DNA from: an uncultured Acidobacteriaceae bacterium
Lineage (GTDB): Bacteria > Acidobacteriota > Terriglobia > Terriglobales > Acidobacteriaceae
Assembly: GCA_963796535.1 (NCBI GenBank)
Contig: CAWCMO010000022.1
Location: forward strand, 147 to 64,146
Length of the DNA stretch: 64,000 nucleotides
Direction of reading: 5' to 3'
Shown: positions 1 to 10,570 of the stretch, in pieces
Layout: every line of letters starts with the position of its first letter
How positions within the stretch are numbered: position 1 is the first letter of the stretch
Translations under genes and position numbers: made by a program
The notes under the pieces: generated by a model
Seen by the model: the letters and a program-made list of their open reading frames with translations, nothing else
What the model was told of the DNA's origin: nothing
Databases searched by the model: none

Positions 1-259
1 TTTCACCTTGGTCTTGTGCCAGTACTGAAAAGGGTCTTCGTATAGCTCGCCCTCAAGATCCATCACCCGCTGCTGCAGTCCGGACCTGGGCATCAGCGAT
101 CGCCTGGTTATAGATCGCCGGCCCAATCTCCTCCACGAAGTATTTCAGAAGCAAACCAGCCGCAAGCTCGCCAATCGGCTCCGGCAAATTCTTCTCAAAG
201 TATTGCCGGATCGACGCAACCGCTTCGTCACGCACCTGCTTGGAAAGCTCAATACTCAT
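1..259 (-). CDS. DUF2164-like small protein, frameshifted at ~79 and running off the window start
   Basis: MSIELSKQ...[18 protein letters not shown]. Removing one base at ~79 continues the frame as [26 protein letters not shown]. Start overlaps the hisB stop. Confidence 0.7.
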
Positions 260-894
260 AGCAGCCCCTTGGTGCTTGGCAGCAGCTCCCGCATACGTTC
301 GTCGCGCGAACAGGCGCCACGCAAAGCTCGTGCAAACGCCTTGAAGATAGCCTCAATCTTGTGATGATTGCTTCGGCCATACATGATCTTTACATGCACG
401 TTCGCTCTCGCTCCTCGAGCAAATCCATCAAAGAAGTCCGCAACAAGCTCAGATTGAAGATCGCCCACTACGGGAACATCCACCTGGTCGTCGACCACGT
501 AGGCGACACGCCCAGATAGATCGACCGCCGCAATCGCAAGCGTCTCATCCATCGGCATCACGAAATAACCCGCGCGCAAAATGCCTTTCTTGTCTCCGAG
601 CGCCTCCGCAAACGCCTCGCCAAGCGCGATGCCAACATCCTCGACCGTGTGATGCTGGTCGACATCAAGGTCTCCAATGCACTTGAGTTGCAGGTCAAAG
701 CCTCCGTGACGTGTGAAGAGCTCCAGCATGTGATCAAAGAAGCGTATCCCGGTCGATACGACATAGCTTCCCTTTCCATCAACATTGAGGCGCAGGGAGA
801 TTTTCGTCTCAGTCGTGTTCCGCTCAACGATCCCAATGCGCTCGGGCCCACTAGGCTCCGGTGCAACTCCCACTTCCTGTGGAAGATCGCTCAT
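256..894 (-). CDS. hisB: Imidazoleglycerol-phosphate dehydratase
   Basis: [32 protein letters not shown] and [12 protein letters not shown] motifs. ATG at 894 overlaps the hisC stop (ATGA). Confidence 0.97.
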   Translation of the reverse strand: MSDLPQEVGVAPEPSGPERIGIVERNTTETKISLRLNVDGKGSYVVSTGIRFFDHMLELFTRHGGFDLQLKCIGDLDVDQHHTVEDVGIALGEAFAEALGDKKGILRAGYFVMPMDETLAIAAVDLSGRVAYVVDDQVDVPVVGDLQSELVADFFDGFARGARANVHVKIMYGRSNHHKIEAIFKAFARALRGACSRDERMRELLPSTKGLL

Positions 895-2004
895 GCTCGA
901 CCTCTGCCTTCCGCCGGCGTCCAACCCATAGCAGACAACGACTCCCGTAACGCCACGATTCCGCGCGTTACATGATCCTCGACACCGACCGTGATGCGCA
1001 CGTACCCTTCACAACCCGGGTCGGCCGAGCGGTCGCGCAACAGCACGCCGCGCTTGTGCATCTCGACACAAAGCTCCTTGTGTCTCGGGCCGATGTCCAT
1101 CAAGACGAAGTTCGCCGCGCTTGGCCATGTTCGTACTCCAAGCTCTTTCAGAGCCGCGAAAATGCGCTCGCGGCCCGCTGCGGACCTGCTCCACATACCA
1201 CTGCAGGTACGCCTCGTCAGCCACTGCCTCAGGAAGCACAGCGAGCGCCACGCCATTCACGTTATACGGCGAGCAGACCTTGCGAATGTAGCTGATCAAC
1301 CGTGCGCCCCCAGCCAGCATCCCCACACGCAGATTCGCCAGACCATACGCTTTAGAAAATGTGCGCGCAACAATGAGGTTTGGGATTTCCCCAACGTCGC
1401 CGAGAGTAGTCTCTCCGTGAAAGTGGAAGTACGCCTCATCGACCATCAGCAACGCTTGAGGGGCTGCGGCTGCAATCGCGAGCAAATGCTCCCGGCTGAC
1501 GGTAGCGCCCGTAGGATTGTTGGGAGACGCAACGATGATCAACTTCGTCTTTGGCGTAATGGCGGCAAGGAAGCGTTCGAAAGGAAAACTAAGAGAATCG
1601 TCAGACTGCACTCGGATGAGGCCCGAGGTCATCAGGCCGATCGATACGTCGTACATAAAGAAGGTCGGGGTACAGATAAGCGCTTCGTCCCCTTCCTCAA
1701 GAAACGTGCACGCGACCAGGTGAATCGCTTCGTCCACGCCGTTTGTCAAAAGCAGTTGATCGCGCTCGAGGCCGAAATGCTGCGCCACCGCGCGCTCAAT
1801 CGGCTCCCGCTCGGGATAGATCGTCAAGCCTTCCGCCGTAAGGCGCTGCAATCGCCGCAAAACAGTTGGACTAGGACTGAAGGTGTTCTCATTGAAATCG
1901 AGACGAAGGGCATCGCGACCAGCGAGCGGCGGATGATACTCAGGCATTGCCAGCACGGCCTTACGGGGTTGAACCACTGTCGTCTGCTCCAGAATTGTGC
2001 TCAT
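891..2004 (-). CDS. hisC: Histidinol-phosphate aminotransferase, with an apparent +1 frameshift at ~1175
   Basis: LDFNEN, NGVDEAI, SPNNPTG, VDEAY and [10 protein letters not shown] motifs. The C-terminus (RERIFAAL...PSAANFVL...VRITVG) is in ORF 891..1256; one extra G lies in a G run. Confidence 0.93.
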
Positions 2005-3260
2005 CTCATCCTCACGCGCACGCTCTCGGCGTGGCCGACCAAACCCTCTGCTTCCGCCAGCGCGATCGTATGGGGACCAACCTCGCGGAGCGCATTGAGA
2101 GTGTATTGCTGCACAGTAATTACCTTCACAAAGTCAAACACGCTAAGGCCTCCGCGAACACGCCCGTTACGTCCCGTTGGAAGCACGTGGTTTGGCCCGC
2201 TGATGTAGTCGCCCATCGACTGCGGCGTGTGGTGGCCAATGAAAATCGATCCCGCGTTTTTCACCCAACGCAGATCCGCGCCCGCATCCACCGTCAGATG
2301 TTCAGGCGCCAGCCGATTCGTAAGCAGGTGCGCCTCCTCCACTGTCTTCGTGACAAAGGCGACGCCTTGGGCGGCAAGCGATTGTTGGGCGATGGGGTTA
2401 CCCTGCGACTGGCGCTTCACCTCCAGAACCACCTCAAGCGCAAGTTCGGGCTTGCTGGTAATAAAGACGGCAAGCGCCTCTGGATCATGCTCCGCCTGTG
2501 CAACGAGGTCAGCAGCAATGCCCGTCGAGTCACCATCTTCACTTGCCACCACAATCTCAGTCGGCCCCGCAGGCATGTCGACGCCGGTGTGTTGAGACAC
2601 AGCCATCTTTGCAGCGGTCACGTAAAGATTGCCGGGGCCGACAATCTTGTCGACCGCTGACACCGTCTCCGTACCGTACGCCAGTGCGGCAATCGCCTGA
2701 GCTCCTCCAATACGATAAAACTCGGTGACGCCGCACAGATAAGCGGCCGCCATCGTTTCTCGCGCAGGCTTGGGCGAGCACACCACGATGCGCTCGACTC
2801 CTGCCACCTGCGCCGGCGTTACGGTCATCAACAGCGTAGACGGAAGCGGATAGCGTCCTCCCGGCACATAGCACCCAACGGATCCAAGCGGCCGCACAAT
2901 CTGGCCTACCTCCATACCCTCGACAGGCCGAAAACTCCACGCGTGCGGAAGTTGCCTTTCAGCGAAGCCTCGTATGTTCGCCTGGGCAAGCCGCATCGCG
3001 GCCCTGAGTTCCTCGCTGGTGCTGTCCCACGCCGCTTGCATCTCGGCGCGGCTGACGAGCAGTGATTCAACTTCCGCAAGGCCGTCGAGCTTCGTCGCAA
3101 ACTCGCGTAAGGCCGCATCGCCCCGCTGCTGCACAGCCGAAAGAATGTCGCGAACGACCCCGTCGACCTTAGCGGTATTGACGGTGCCACGCTGCTCGAG
3201 CTGCTGGATTGCCGCATCTGCAGCTGAAGCTTCGGCGCCAAATGTCTTCAAAATCTTCAT
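2001..3260 (-). CDS. hisD: Histidinol dehydrogenase
   Basis: GCYVPGG, GGAQAIAALAYG, KIVGPGNLYV, AGPTE, QAEHD, APEHL and GPNHVLPT motifs. Confidence 0.98.
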   Translation of the reverse strand: MKILKTFGAEASAADAAIQQLEQRGTVNTAKVDGVVRDILSAVQQRGDAALREFATKLDGLAEVESLLVSRAEMQAAWDSTSEELRAAMRLAQANIRGFAERQLPHAWSFRPVEGMEVGQIVRPLGSVGCYVPGGRYPLPSTLLMTVTPAQVAGVERIVVCSPKPARETMAAAYLCGVTEFYRIGGAQAIAALAYGTETVSAVDKIVGPGNLYVTAAKMAVSQHTGVDMPAGPTEIVVASEDGDSTGIAADLVAQAEHDPEALAVFITSKPELALEVVLEVKRQSQGNPIAQQSLAAQGVAFVTKTVEEAHLLTNRLAPEHLTVDAGADLRWVKNAGSIFIGHHTPQSMGDYISGPNHVLPTGRNGRVRGGLSVFDFVKVITVQQYTLNALREVGPHTIALAEAEGLVGHAESVRVRMR

Positions 3261-3271
3261 TGCATCCTTTG

Positions 3272-4153
3272 CTACAAAACAACTTTGCTCAGCGGGTATT
3301 CGACGATGCCCGTTCCGCCAGCAGCCTTAAGTTTTGGAATGACATCGCGAACCAAATGCGTCTCGAGGATCGTGTTCAGCGCCACCCAATCTTCATCACG
3401 CAACTGGGAGATCGTCGGCGAATTCAGCGCTGGAAGAACAGCGAGAACCTTATCGAGATCAGCCTTCCTCGCGTTGAGCATGAGCCCAACCTGATTCTGA
3501 GCGTCGATCGCGCCGTTCAGCATGAGCGATAGTGTCTCGATCTTGGATCGTTTCCAGTCATTCGCCCATGCACCTTTATTGGCGATGAGTTGGGTCTCCG
3601 ATTCCATTAGCGTCTCGATGATGCGGAGACGATTCGCCCGCAGAGAGCTGCCCGTCTCCGTGACTTCCACAATCGCGTCGGCAAGCATCGGAGGTTTCAC
3701 CTCGGTAGCGCCCCAGCTAAACTCAACCTTCACCGGAATATTCTTCCCCGCGAAGTAACGCTTCGTGTACTCAACTAGTTCTGTGGCAATCGTCTTGCCA
3801 GCAAGGTCTTCGGGCTTCTGGAAAGAGGAGTCTTCAGGGACAGCGAGCACCCACTTCACAGGCACTCGAGATTGCTTGGAATAGGTCAGAGAGGTAATTC
3901 GCTCGACGTCGGATTGATTCTCCAGCACCCAGTCATTGCCCGTCAGACCCGCATCCAGGGCGCCATGTTCAACATAGCGAGCCATCTCCTGGGCGCGAAC
4001 CAGCATGCACTCTATCTCGGAGTCGTCGATCGTTGGAAAGTAGCTTCGGCCACTCGCGTAGATACGCCAGCCTGCGCGCTCGAAAAGAGCGATGGTGGCG
4101 TCCTGCAGGCTTCCCTTTGGAATGCCAAGCTTCAACTTATTCTTCTGCGCCAT
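3272..4153 (-). CDS. hisG: ATP phosphoribosyltransferase (long form)
   Basis: GIPKGSL, SWGATE and [16 protein letters not shown] motifs, plus the C-terminal regulatory domain. Confidence 0.97.
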   Translation of the reverse strand: MAQKNKLKLGIPKGSLQDATIALFERAGWRIYASGRSYFPTIDDSEIECMLVRAQEMARYVEHGALDAGLTGNDWVLENQSDVERITSLTYSKQSRVPVKWVLAVPEDSSFQKPEDLAGKTIATELVEYTKRYFAGKNIPVKVEFSWGATEVKPPMLADAIVEVTETGSSLRANRLRIIETLMESETQLIANKGAWANDWKRSKIETLSLMLNGAIDAQNQVGLMLNARKADLDKVLAVLPALNSPTISQLRDEDWVALNTILETHLVRDVIPKLKAAGGTGIVEYPLSKVVL

Positions 4154-4503
4154 TACTTGCTCCCTGTCTGGATCGGCTTGGTAAAGCAGCTAACGGTGCC
4201 TTCGTGACAAACCAGCCCATCGCCCTCGACTTCCACACGAAACAGCAGTGCATCGTTGTCACAGTCAGTGCTTGCTGAAACTACGCGCAAGCGATTGCCG
4301 CTCGTCTCGCCTTTCATCCATAGTTTGGAACGGGTGCGCGACCAAAACGTAACGAAACCACTTTCGATGGTCCTGCGGTAGCTCTCTTCGTTCAGGAAGC
4401 CGAGCATCAGCACCTCGTTGCTCTTGGCGTCCTGCACAATGCCGGCTACCATGCCTCCGGCCTTTGCGAAATCGATCGATATCATCTCTGCTGAATCCGT
4501 CAT
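4153..4503 (-). CDS. hisI: Phosphoribosyl-AMP cyclohydrolase (monofunctional)
   Basis: [26 protein letters not shown] and CHEGTVSCF motifs. No HisE domain. Confidence 0.96.
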   Translation of the reverse strand: MTDSAEMISIDFAKAGGMVAGIVQDAKSNEVLMLGFLNEESYRRTIESGFVTFWSRTRSKLWMKGETSGNRLRVVSASTDCDNDALLFRVEVEGDGLVCHEGTVSCFTKPIQTGSK

Positions 4504-4565
4504 CTTGTTCCTCGTGGTTGTGTCGTCGTGTGGGCTGTTCGCAGATCAAACCAACGCCACACAGC

Positions 4566-4602
4566 AAAAAAGCCCGCTCGCGATGTGCGCGTCGGCGGGC
4601 TT
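4566..4602 (-). terminator. his attenuator terminator hairpin
   Basis: Minus strand AAGCCCGC...GCGGGC followed by TTTTTT, between the leader ORF and hisI. Confidence 0.85.
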
Positions 4603-4628
4603 GTCGTAAATCCTGGAGTGCTTGTTAC

Positions 4629-4712
4629 TTACTTTGCCGCCCCGGATACAGCCGCCAACATGCTATGCGCACGATGATGGTGATGCCCGAGATGGTGCAA
4701 CTGAACACTCAT
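4629..4712 (-). CDS. hisL: His operon leader peptide, 27 aa (absent from the ORF track)
   Basis: Translates as MSVQLHHLGHHHHRAHSMLAAVSGAAK*, with 7 His codons, directly upstream of the terminator and hisI. Confidence 0.9.
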   Translation of the reverse strand: MSVQLHHLGHHHHRAHSMLAAVSGAAK

Positions 4713-4720
4713 TGCTATTT

Positions 4721-4749
4721 ACGCTAAAGGGATCGCCTCTCAATGTCAA
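4721..4749 (-). promoter_or_regulatory. sigma70-type promoter of the his operon
   Basis: Minus strand TTGACA-N17-TAGCGT, ending 8 nt before the leader ATG. Confidence 0.75.
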
Positions 4750-4889
4750 TGAACTGCAGCACTGAAGTGGGAATAACAAAACATCCACTGAACTTTCGCG
4801 CTACGCAATCAGGCCACAACCCCATGCCCTGCGCGCCTCGCAAATTGCATCCGTATCTGTGGCGGCAACTTGCCAAGGAGATTTACCTT

Positions 4890-5159
4890 ATGACCGACTA
4901 CCGCGTACACGCTGGAGATGCCCAGGAAGATCAGGTGACTGCAGCCATCGAAAAATACACCGCGCCCGTTCCATCGAGCGCTTACCTTGGACTGGCCCTC
5001 GCCGCGATAGCAGCATCGATCACAATCCAGGTCACCCAAAAAGAAAAGGCGAATCCGGCATTGTTTGTAGGTCAGTGGGTCGCGCCCTTCCTCTTGCTCG
5101 GAATCTACAACAAGTTGGTAAAGCAACACGGATCAGATGCAAACGTTAAGCAGGGATAA
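4890..5159 (+). CDS. Small membrane protein, hypothetical
   Basis: AAGGAG RBS; MTDYRV...AIEKYTAPVPSSAYLGLA...FVGQWVAPFLLLGIYNKLVK; two hydrophobic segments. Confidence 0.75.
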   Translation: MTDYRVHAGDAQEDQVTAAIEKYTAPVPSSAYLGLALAAIAASITIQVTQKEKANPALFVGQWVAPFLLLGIYNKLVKQHGSDANVKQG

Positions 5160-5168
5160 CCGCAGCCT

Positions 5169-5831
5169 TCAGGCGCCGGTTGGGATTTCAATCCCAATCG
5201 GCGTAAAGCTGCGCTCACCGTCGGACGCAACCCGAACTTCACCGGTCCCAATGCTGTAAATCCAGCCAGAGATCGCGAGACTTCCCTTAGCAATAGCCCC
5301 GGCAACCGAGGGATGCGTCTTCAGGTGTTGCATCTGCAGCAGGACATTCTGTTCAGTAAGAATCTCGATCAATGGTTGTTCTGGGGGAGTCGCGATCGAC
5401 TGATCGTGCAGGCTCTCGGCGACGCGAAGCGCCGCATGAGCGTTGTGCAGCCACGCCTCAACGGTTGGCATGTTTGCCACCGACGCTGGATCGAGCAGCG
5501 CATGCATGGCCCCGCAGTGCGAATGGCCGCAGACCACAATGTGGCGAACTCCAAGCGAAGTGACAGCGAATTCGATGACCGCACTCACGCCCCCCAGCAT
5601 CTCGCCATAGGCTGGCACCATGTTCCCGATGTTCCGCGCGACAAATATCTCTCCCGTCGAAGAGCTCGTGATGGCGATTGGGTCAATGCGCGAGTCGGCG
5701 CACGTGATGAACAATGTGTGCGGAGATTGTTTTTCGCTTACAGCCTGCGCGAACATCTCTGCCTGCTCCGGGAAAACCTCTGTCTGAAACCGCCGAACCC
5801 CGTCCTCGAGTCGCTGTAATATCTCGTCCAT
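5169..5831 (-). CDS. Beta-class carbonic anhydrase
   Basis: CADSR, RNIGN and HSHCGAM zinc motifs; GGAGG before the ATG at 5831. Confidence 0.95.
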   Translation of the reverse strand: MDEILQRLEDGVRRFQTEVFPEQAEMFAQAVSEKQSPHTLFITCADSRIDPIAITSSSTGEIFVARNIGNMVPAYGEMLGGVSAVIEFAVTSLGVRHIVVCGHSHCGAMHALLDPASVANMPTVEAWLHNAHAALRVAESLHDQSIATPPEQPLIEILTEQNVLLQMQHLKTHPSVAGAIAKGSLAISGWIYSIGTGEVRVASDGERSFTPIGIEIPTGA

Positions 5832-5839
5832 CTGGCCTC

Positions 5840-6436
5840 CTAGACTTCCCGCCATTTGATGTTGCATCCAATGCTGCTGCGTTGTTCCGTGTTTGGCTGC
5901 CTTCCGGCAATGAGCGCATCCATCGCCGCCCGAAGGTCTTTTCCGGTCACCGGCTCATCATTACCAAAATCCTTGCGCCGCGGCCGGCTGGAATCGAGTT
6001 GACCTCGATAAACCAAATGCAACTCCGCATCGAATAGGAAGAAGTCGGGAGTGCAGGCGGCCTCATAAGACCGTGCAACTTCTTGGGTCGAGTCGAGCAG
6101 GTAGGGAAATCCCCAGCCCAGGCGAACGGCCTGTTCCCGCATAGCCTCCGGGCCGTCTTCAGGATATTGCTCAATATCATTGGACTGAATCGCGACCATC
6201 GCAATCGGGCCATCCCCGGACTTGCCGAAGTAATCCTCGCCGATCCGCGCTAACTCTTCCTCCACATGCTTCACGTAGGGACAATGAACGCAGATAAACA
6301 TCACCAGCAGACCAGATTTCTTCCCGGGTCCGCGAACTTCGTCGAGATTCATGGCCTTCTGGGTAACCACGTTGACTAGTTCGAAACTAGGAGCGACGGT
6401 TCCCAACCCGACCATCGAAGATTCAGTTCTGGACAT
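5840..6436 (-). CDS. Thioredoxin/AhpC-TSA family protein
   Basis: CVHCPYV, AACTPDFFLF, YRGQLD and SIGCNIKW motifs. Confidence 0.9.
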   Translation of the reverse strand: MSRTESSMVGLGTVAPSFELVNVVTQKAMNLDEVRGPGKKSGLLVMFICVHCPYVKHVEEELARIGEDYFGKSGDGPIAMVAIQSNDIEQYPEDGPEAMREQAVRLGWGFPYLLDSTQEVARSYEAACTPDFFLFDAELHLVYRGQLDSSRPRRKDFGNDEPVTGKDLRAAMDALIAGRQPNTEQRSSIGCNIKWREV

Positions 6437-6567
6437 AATGGCCTCCAGTAGACATCATAACTAGAGCACCACTTTGAGTTTCATAGCTGAACCTTCCCAG
6501 CGGTCCTACAACCGTAATTTCCCCGGAAGCAAATTCAGCATTTTTTTGTGATTAAATTCGAGGCCCG

Positions 6568-9168
6568 ATGTACTCCTGTTTTGCGATTCGTCATCGCCGT
6601 ACCCTCCTCTGCGCCTTGGTATTCGCGGTAGGTGGAGGCCTAGTCGTGTCTGGCCTGTCAGCTCAGACACACTCGGACGCGATTGCAAGCTTACAACCCG
6701 TAAAACAAGCGGATCGAATCTCACCCAATGCCGACTATAGGCCGTTGATGGCATTGCAGCAGAAGCTACCGGCCTGGGCCCGGCAGCCGAACCAGAGCGC
6801 GGAGCAGCCAGCTAACCTCGACGAGCCGCTTCATGTCTCGGTCCTGCTCAGCCGGGATGCTGTCGCGGAATCTGCATTCAGCCAGTTAGTGGCAAACCAG
6901 CAGAATCCCATGTCCCCGCAATACCACCAGTGGCTCACACCACAACAAGTTGGACAACTCTATGGTCCTACTGCGAACGATCTTGCAGCGATCACTTCCT
7001 GGCTCGCAAGCCAGGGACTGACAGTTGAATCGACCTCTCCAAACGGCTTAATCATCCGTGCCTCTGGCTCAATGGCAGCCGTTGGCGGCGCATTTCATAC
7101 CAGTTTCGGCATGTTTACCAATAACGGACGGCAGCGACTCTCCGCCATCTCCGAACCTTCGATTCCTTCCGCATTAAGCCCAGTCATCCGGTCGGTTCAG
7201 GGACTTACCCAGGTGCAGTATGAGCCGCAGTCAAGAGTCTCCGTGCGCACCTGGCCGACAGCGGGTATCAAGCCGCAGGTCGACCTGGGTCCCGGTTCGT
7301 ATGCGGTCTTACCGAATGATTTTTCGGTCATCTATGACATCGCCAGCATCTACGCCGCAGGCGACAAGGGCGCGACAATCGGACCCAAAGCACAGCATAT
7401 TGCGATCATCGGGAAGTCCCGGATTGTGGCGAGTGACATAACGAATTACGAAGCGTTGGCTGGACTTCCGAGCGTGCAACCGAATGTGGTGCTGGCCGGC
7501 GTAGATCCGGGAGTGGCGACGGGTTCCAACGTCGGATTTGCCAGTGAAGCTACGCTGGACGTCGACCGCGTGGTCGGTACCGCGCCGGGTGCGCAGCTCG
7601 ATCTGGTCATCAGCGCTGATTCGAATACGCACGACGGCGTCGATATCGGTATCGCGTACAACATTGACACACTTCGCGATCCAATCATGACGATCTCGTT
7701 CGGTAGCTGCGAGGCTCAAAACGGTTCAGCCGAGACGGACTATCTCAACACCCAGTTTGAGACCGCCGCAAGTGAGGGAATATCTACGTTTGTCTCCGCA
7801 GACGATTCCGGCGTTGCTGGCTGCGACACACCGTTTACGGTCGTCACGCCGGCGGAGACGCCGCAGGTTGCGAGCATCAACGCGCTCTGCTCCAGCAGTT
7901 ACGTGACGTGTGTCGGTGGCACTGAGTTCAACGATGAGGTAACTCCTTCAGTCTATTGGGCTTCCAGCAATGCGAACGCCGGATACCAATCAGCGCTCTC
8001 GTACATACCCGAGGGCGCATGGAACGAGTCTTCTACGATCGGCGCCAGCGGCGCGATGGTCTACCAGGTGGCGGCGGGAGGGGGTGGGGTTAGCGCCTAT
8101 ATTGCTAAACCCAACTGGCAGAGTGGATTAGGAGTTCCGGCGGATGGATTTCGCGACGTGCCGGACGTGTCGTTTACTGCGGCGGATCATGATGGCTATC
8201 TTGGCTGCTTCGCTGCCGGCGGTGGAAGTTGCGTTTCCAGTGCCAACGGAACGGAGATTACGGTGTTCAGCGGGACGTCGGCTGCGGCGCCAGGGATGGC
8301 CGGAATTGCGGCACTCTTGAATACCAAGTTGGGAGCAGCCCAAGGCAATCTCAATCCAATGCTCTACCGGCTGGCCGCCTCCACACCCACTGCATTTCAT
8401 GATGTAACTGTGGCAACTTCAGGGGTTGCAGGATGCTCGGTGGCGACGCCGTCGATGTGTGACAACAGCACCCCAGGAGAGTCAATCCTGACCGGCGGCC
8501 TGGCCGGATACGCCGTCGGCGCGGGATACGACCAGGCGACTGGGTTGGGATCGCTGGACGTCGCGAACTTCATCGCGGCGGCATCGGGCGGAGGAAACGG
8601 GGGAAACGGAGTTACCGGGAGTTTTACCCTGGCAGCCAGCCCTTCGACGCTGTCGGTCACACCGGTGGCGAATACGACGACCACAAGCACCTGGACCCTC
8701 ACGGGCGCATCTGTAGGTGGGTTTGCGGGTACGGTTTCGCTAAGCTGCTCAGTGTCACCAGTTACGGCGCAGCCGCCAACCTGCGCCGTATCGCCGGGCA
8801 GCCTGGGTCTGGCGGCTGGGGGGACGGGAACGGCCACCATCTCGCTAACCTCTGCGGGGCCTACCAACACTTGCCTTACGAACACGGCGACGAACCGGAC
8901 CGGTGTCGTCGGCGGGATGGCGCTGGCGGGATTTTTGTTGCTCCTGGTGCCCGCGCGGCGCCGGAAGTTGCTCCGCGGTGCGGCGCTTATGTTGTTGCTG
9001 GGATTGGGTTTAGGAATGATGAGCGGTTGTGCTGCCAACACCGTGGAAGTCTGTCCGAATGATGCGACGGCGGGAACGACGGCAGGGACCTATACCGTGA
9101 CCGTGACGGGAACCAGCGGAAGCCTATCGGTGACTGCGCCGGCGACGATTACAGTGACAGTGAATTAA
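6568..9168 (+). CDS. Secreted S53 (sedolisin/kumamolisin) peptidase with pro-domain, Ig-like region and C-terminal membrane tail
   Basis: Signal peptide; pro-domain YHQWLTPQQVG; EATLD, DVPDVS, GTSAAAP and GYDQATGLGS motifs. Confidence 0.9.
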   Translation: MYSCFAIRHRRTLLCALVFAVGGGLVVSGLSAQTHSDAIASLQPVKQADRISPNADYRPLMALQQKLPAWARQPNQSAEQPANLDEPLHVSVLLSRDAVAESAFSQLVANQQNPMSPQYHQWLTPQQVGQLYGPTANDLAAITSWLASQGLTVESTSPNGLIIRASGSMAAVGGAFHTSFGMFTNNGRQRLSAISEPSIPSALSPVIRSVQGLTQVQYEPQSRVSVRTWPTAGIKPQVDLGPGSYAVLPNDFSVIYDIASIYAAGDKGATIGPKAQHIAIIGKSRIVASDITNYEALAGLPSVQPNVVLAGVDPGVATGSNVGFASEATLDVDRVVGTAPGAQLDLVISADSNTHDGVDIGIAYNIDTLRDPIMTISFGSCEAQNGSAETDYLNTQFETAASEGISTFVSADDSGVAGCDTPFTVVTPAETPQVASINALCSSSYVTCVGGTEFNDEVTPSVYWASSNANAGYQSALSYIPEGAWNESSTIGASGAMVYQVAAGGGGVSAYIAKPNWQSGLGVPADGFRDVPDVSFTAADHDGYLGCFAAGGGSCVSSANGTEITVFSGTSAAAPGMAGIAALLNTKLGAAQGNLNPMLYRLAASTPTAFHDVTVATSGVAGCSVATPSMCDNSTPGESILTGGLAGYAVGAGYDQATGLGSLDVANFIAAASGGGNGGNGVTGSFTLAASPSTLSVTPVANTTTTSTWTLTGASVGGFAGTVSLSCSVSPVTAQPPTCAVSPGSLGLAAGGTGTATISLTSAGPTNTCLTNTATNRTGVVGGMALAGFLLLLVPARRRKLLRGAALMLLLGLGLGMMSGCAANTVEVCPNDATAGTTAGTYTVTVTGTSGSLSVTAPATITVTVN

Positions 9169-9308
9169 ACTCGGTTTTGCTGGGATTTTCGTAAATTTCG
9201 GGCTGCAAATCGACTGTCTTAGGTGGGTTTCGGGTTGCAAATCAGGGGCTTCAGCTGGGTTTGACTGACTAGTCAGACGGCTAAAGGACAAGAGAGCTGG
9301 AGTACAGC

Positions 9309-9337
9309 AAAAGGCCCGGACGGGTGTCCGGGCCTTT
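9309..9337. terminator. Bidirectional intrinsic terminator
   Basis: AAAAGGCCCGGAC-GGGT-GTCCGGGCCTTT between convergent genes. Confidence 0.85.
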
Positions 9338-9364
9338 CGGTTGGTCGAGTCTGGTGAACAAGAC

Positions 9365-10441
9365 CTAGGCGTGGACGAGCTCCCGTTCGTGGTGAGCAGC
9401 GGGTTTGGAGTGCGTGCCGGTGATGTCGAGGACGATGCGGCCGTCGATTTTGCCGGCGTGCATGCGCGCGAAGATGTCGTTGATGTTTTCGATCTTCTCT
9501 GCTGCTACGTGGGCGTGGACCATACCTTCCCCTGCGAATGAAAGAGCCTCGGCCAGATCCAGGCGCGTGCCCACGATGGAGCCGCGAATGGTGAGAGCCT
9601 TGAGCACTACCTCAAAGATAGGGAGTGGGAACGAGCCGGGAGGCAGACCGTTGAGCGCGATGGTAGCGCGCGGGCGGGCCATACCGATGGCTTGGGCGAA
9701 GGCAGGGAGGGAGGGTGCGGTGACGAGCACGGCGTTGGCTCCGCCGATTTCCTTCTGGAAGAAGGCTGCGGGATCCTGGTTCTTGGCGTTGACGGTGAGC
9801 TTGGCGCCGAGCGAACGAGCGAGCTCGAGCTTCTCATCGGAGACGTCGACTGCGGCAACATGGAAGCCCATGGCCTTGGCGTATTGAACGGCCAGATGAC
9901 CGAGGCCGCCGATGCCGGAGATGACGACCCAGTCGCCGGGCTTGGCGTTGGTGGACTTGAGGCCCTTGTACACCGTGACGCCGGCGCAGACGATGGGCGC
10001 GACTTCTACGAAGCCAACGTTCTTGGGCAGATGAGCGACGTAGTTCGGATCGGCCACTGCGTAGTCTGCATAGCCACCGTTCTTGGTGTAGCCGCCGAAC
10101 TCTGCCTTGGAGCAACAGGACTCTTGTCCCGCGAGGCAGTCGACGCACTGGCCGCAGGCCGAATAGAGCCACACGATGCCGACGCGATCGCCTTCCTTGA
10201 CGGTCTTGACGTTCCTGCCGACGCCGGAGACGAAGCCTACGCCTTCATGGCCGGGGATGAACGGGGGTGTGGGCTTGATGGGCCAGTCGCCTTCTGCAGC
10301 GTGCAGGTCGGTATGACAGACGCCGCAGGCTTCCATCTTGATCTGAATCTCTTCGGGACCCGGCTCGGGGATCGCCATCTCCTGGATGACGAGGGGCTTG
10401 CCGAACTCACGTACGACTGCCGCTTTCATAGTCTTTGCCAT
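9365..10441 (-). CDS. adhP: Zinc-dependent alcohol dehydrogenase
   Basis: CGVCHTDLH, GHEGVG, structural Zn cysteines, GIGGLGHLAVQYA and GSIVGTR motifs. Confidence 0.95.
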   Translation of the reverse strand: MAKTMKAAVVREFGKPLVIQEMAIPEPGPEEIQIKMEACGVCHTDLHAAEGDWPIKPTPPFIPGHEGVGFVSGVGRNVKTVKEGDRVGIVWLYSACGQCVDCLAGQESCCSKAEFGGYTKNGGYADYAVADPNYVAHLPKNVGFVEVAPIVCAGVTVYKGLKSTNAKPGDWVVISGIGGLGHLAVQYAKAMGFHVAAVDVSDEKLELARSLGAKLTVNAKNQDPAAFFQKEIGGANAVLVTAPSLPAFAQAIGMARPRATIALNGLPPGSFPLPIFEVVLKALTIRGSIVGTRLDLAEALSFAGEGMVHAHVAAEKIENINDIFARMHAGKIDGRIVLDITGTHSKPAAHHERELVHA

Positions 10442-10570
10442 TTTGAATTCCTTTCGTAATGCGTTTGGGATTGTGCCGGGGAGGGCACGGATCGTTGCGA
10501 TGTCTAGCGCGCCTGCGGACGCCGAAGTGGGCGTCCGCACGCCTCGCTGTAGGAGTTTCCAACTGCAGTC

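Noticed and set aside
9180-9200. Seventh dif-like site (CTGGGA TTTTCGTAAAT TTCG) after the S53 gene
   Set aside because: Only one arm matches, no partner site was found upstream, and it overlaps the 32-bp repeat array.
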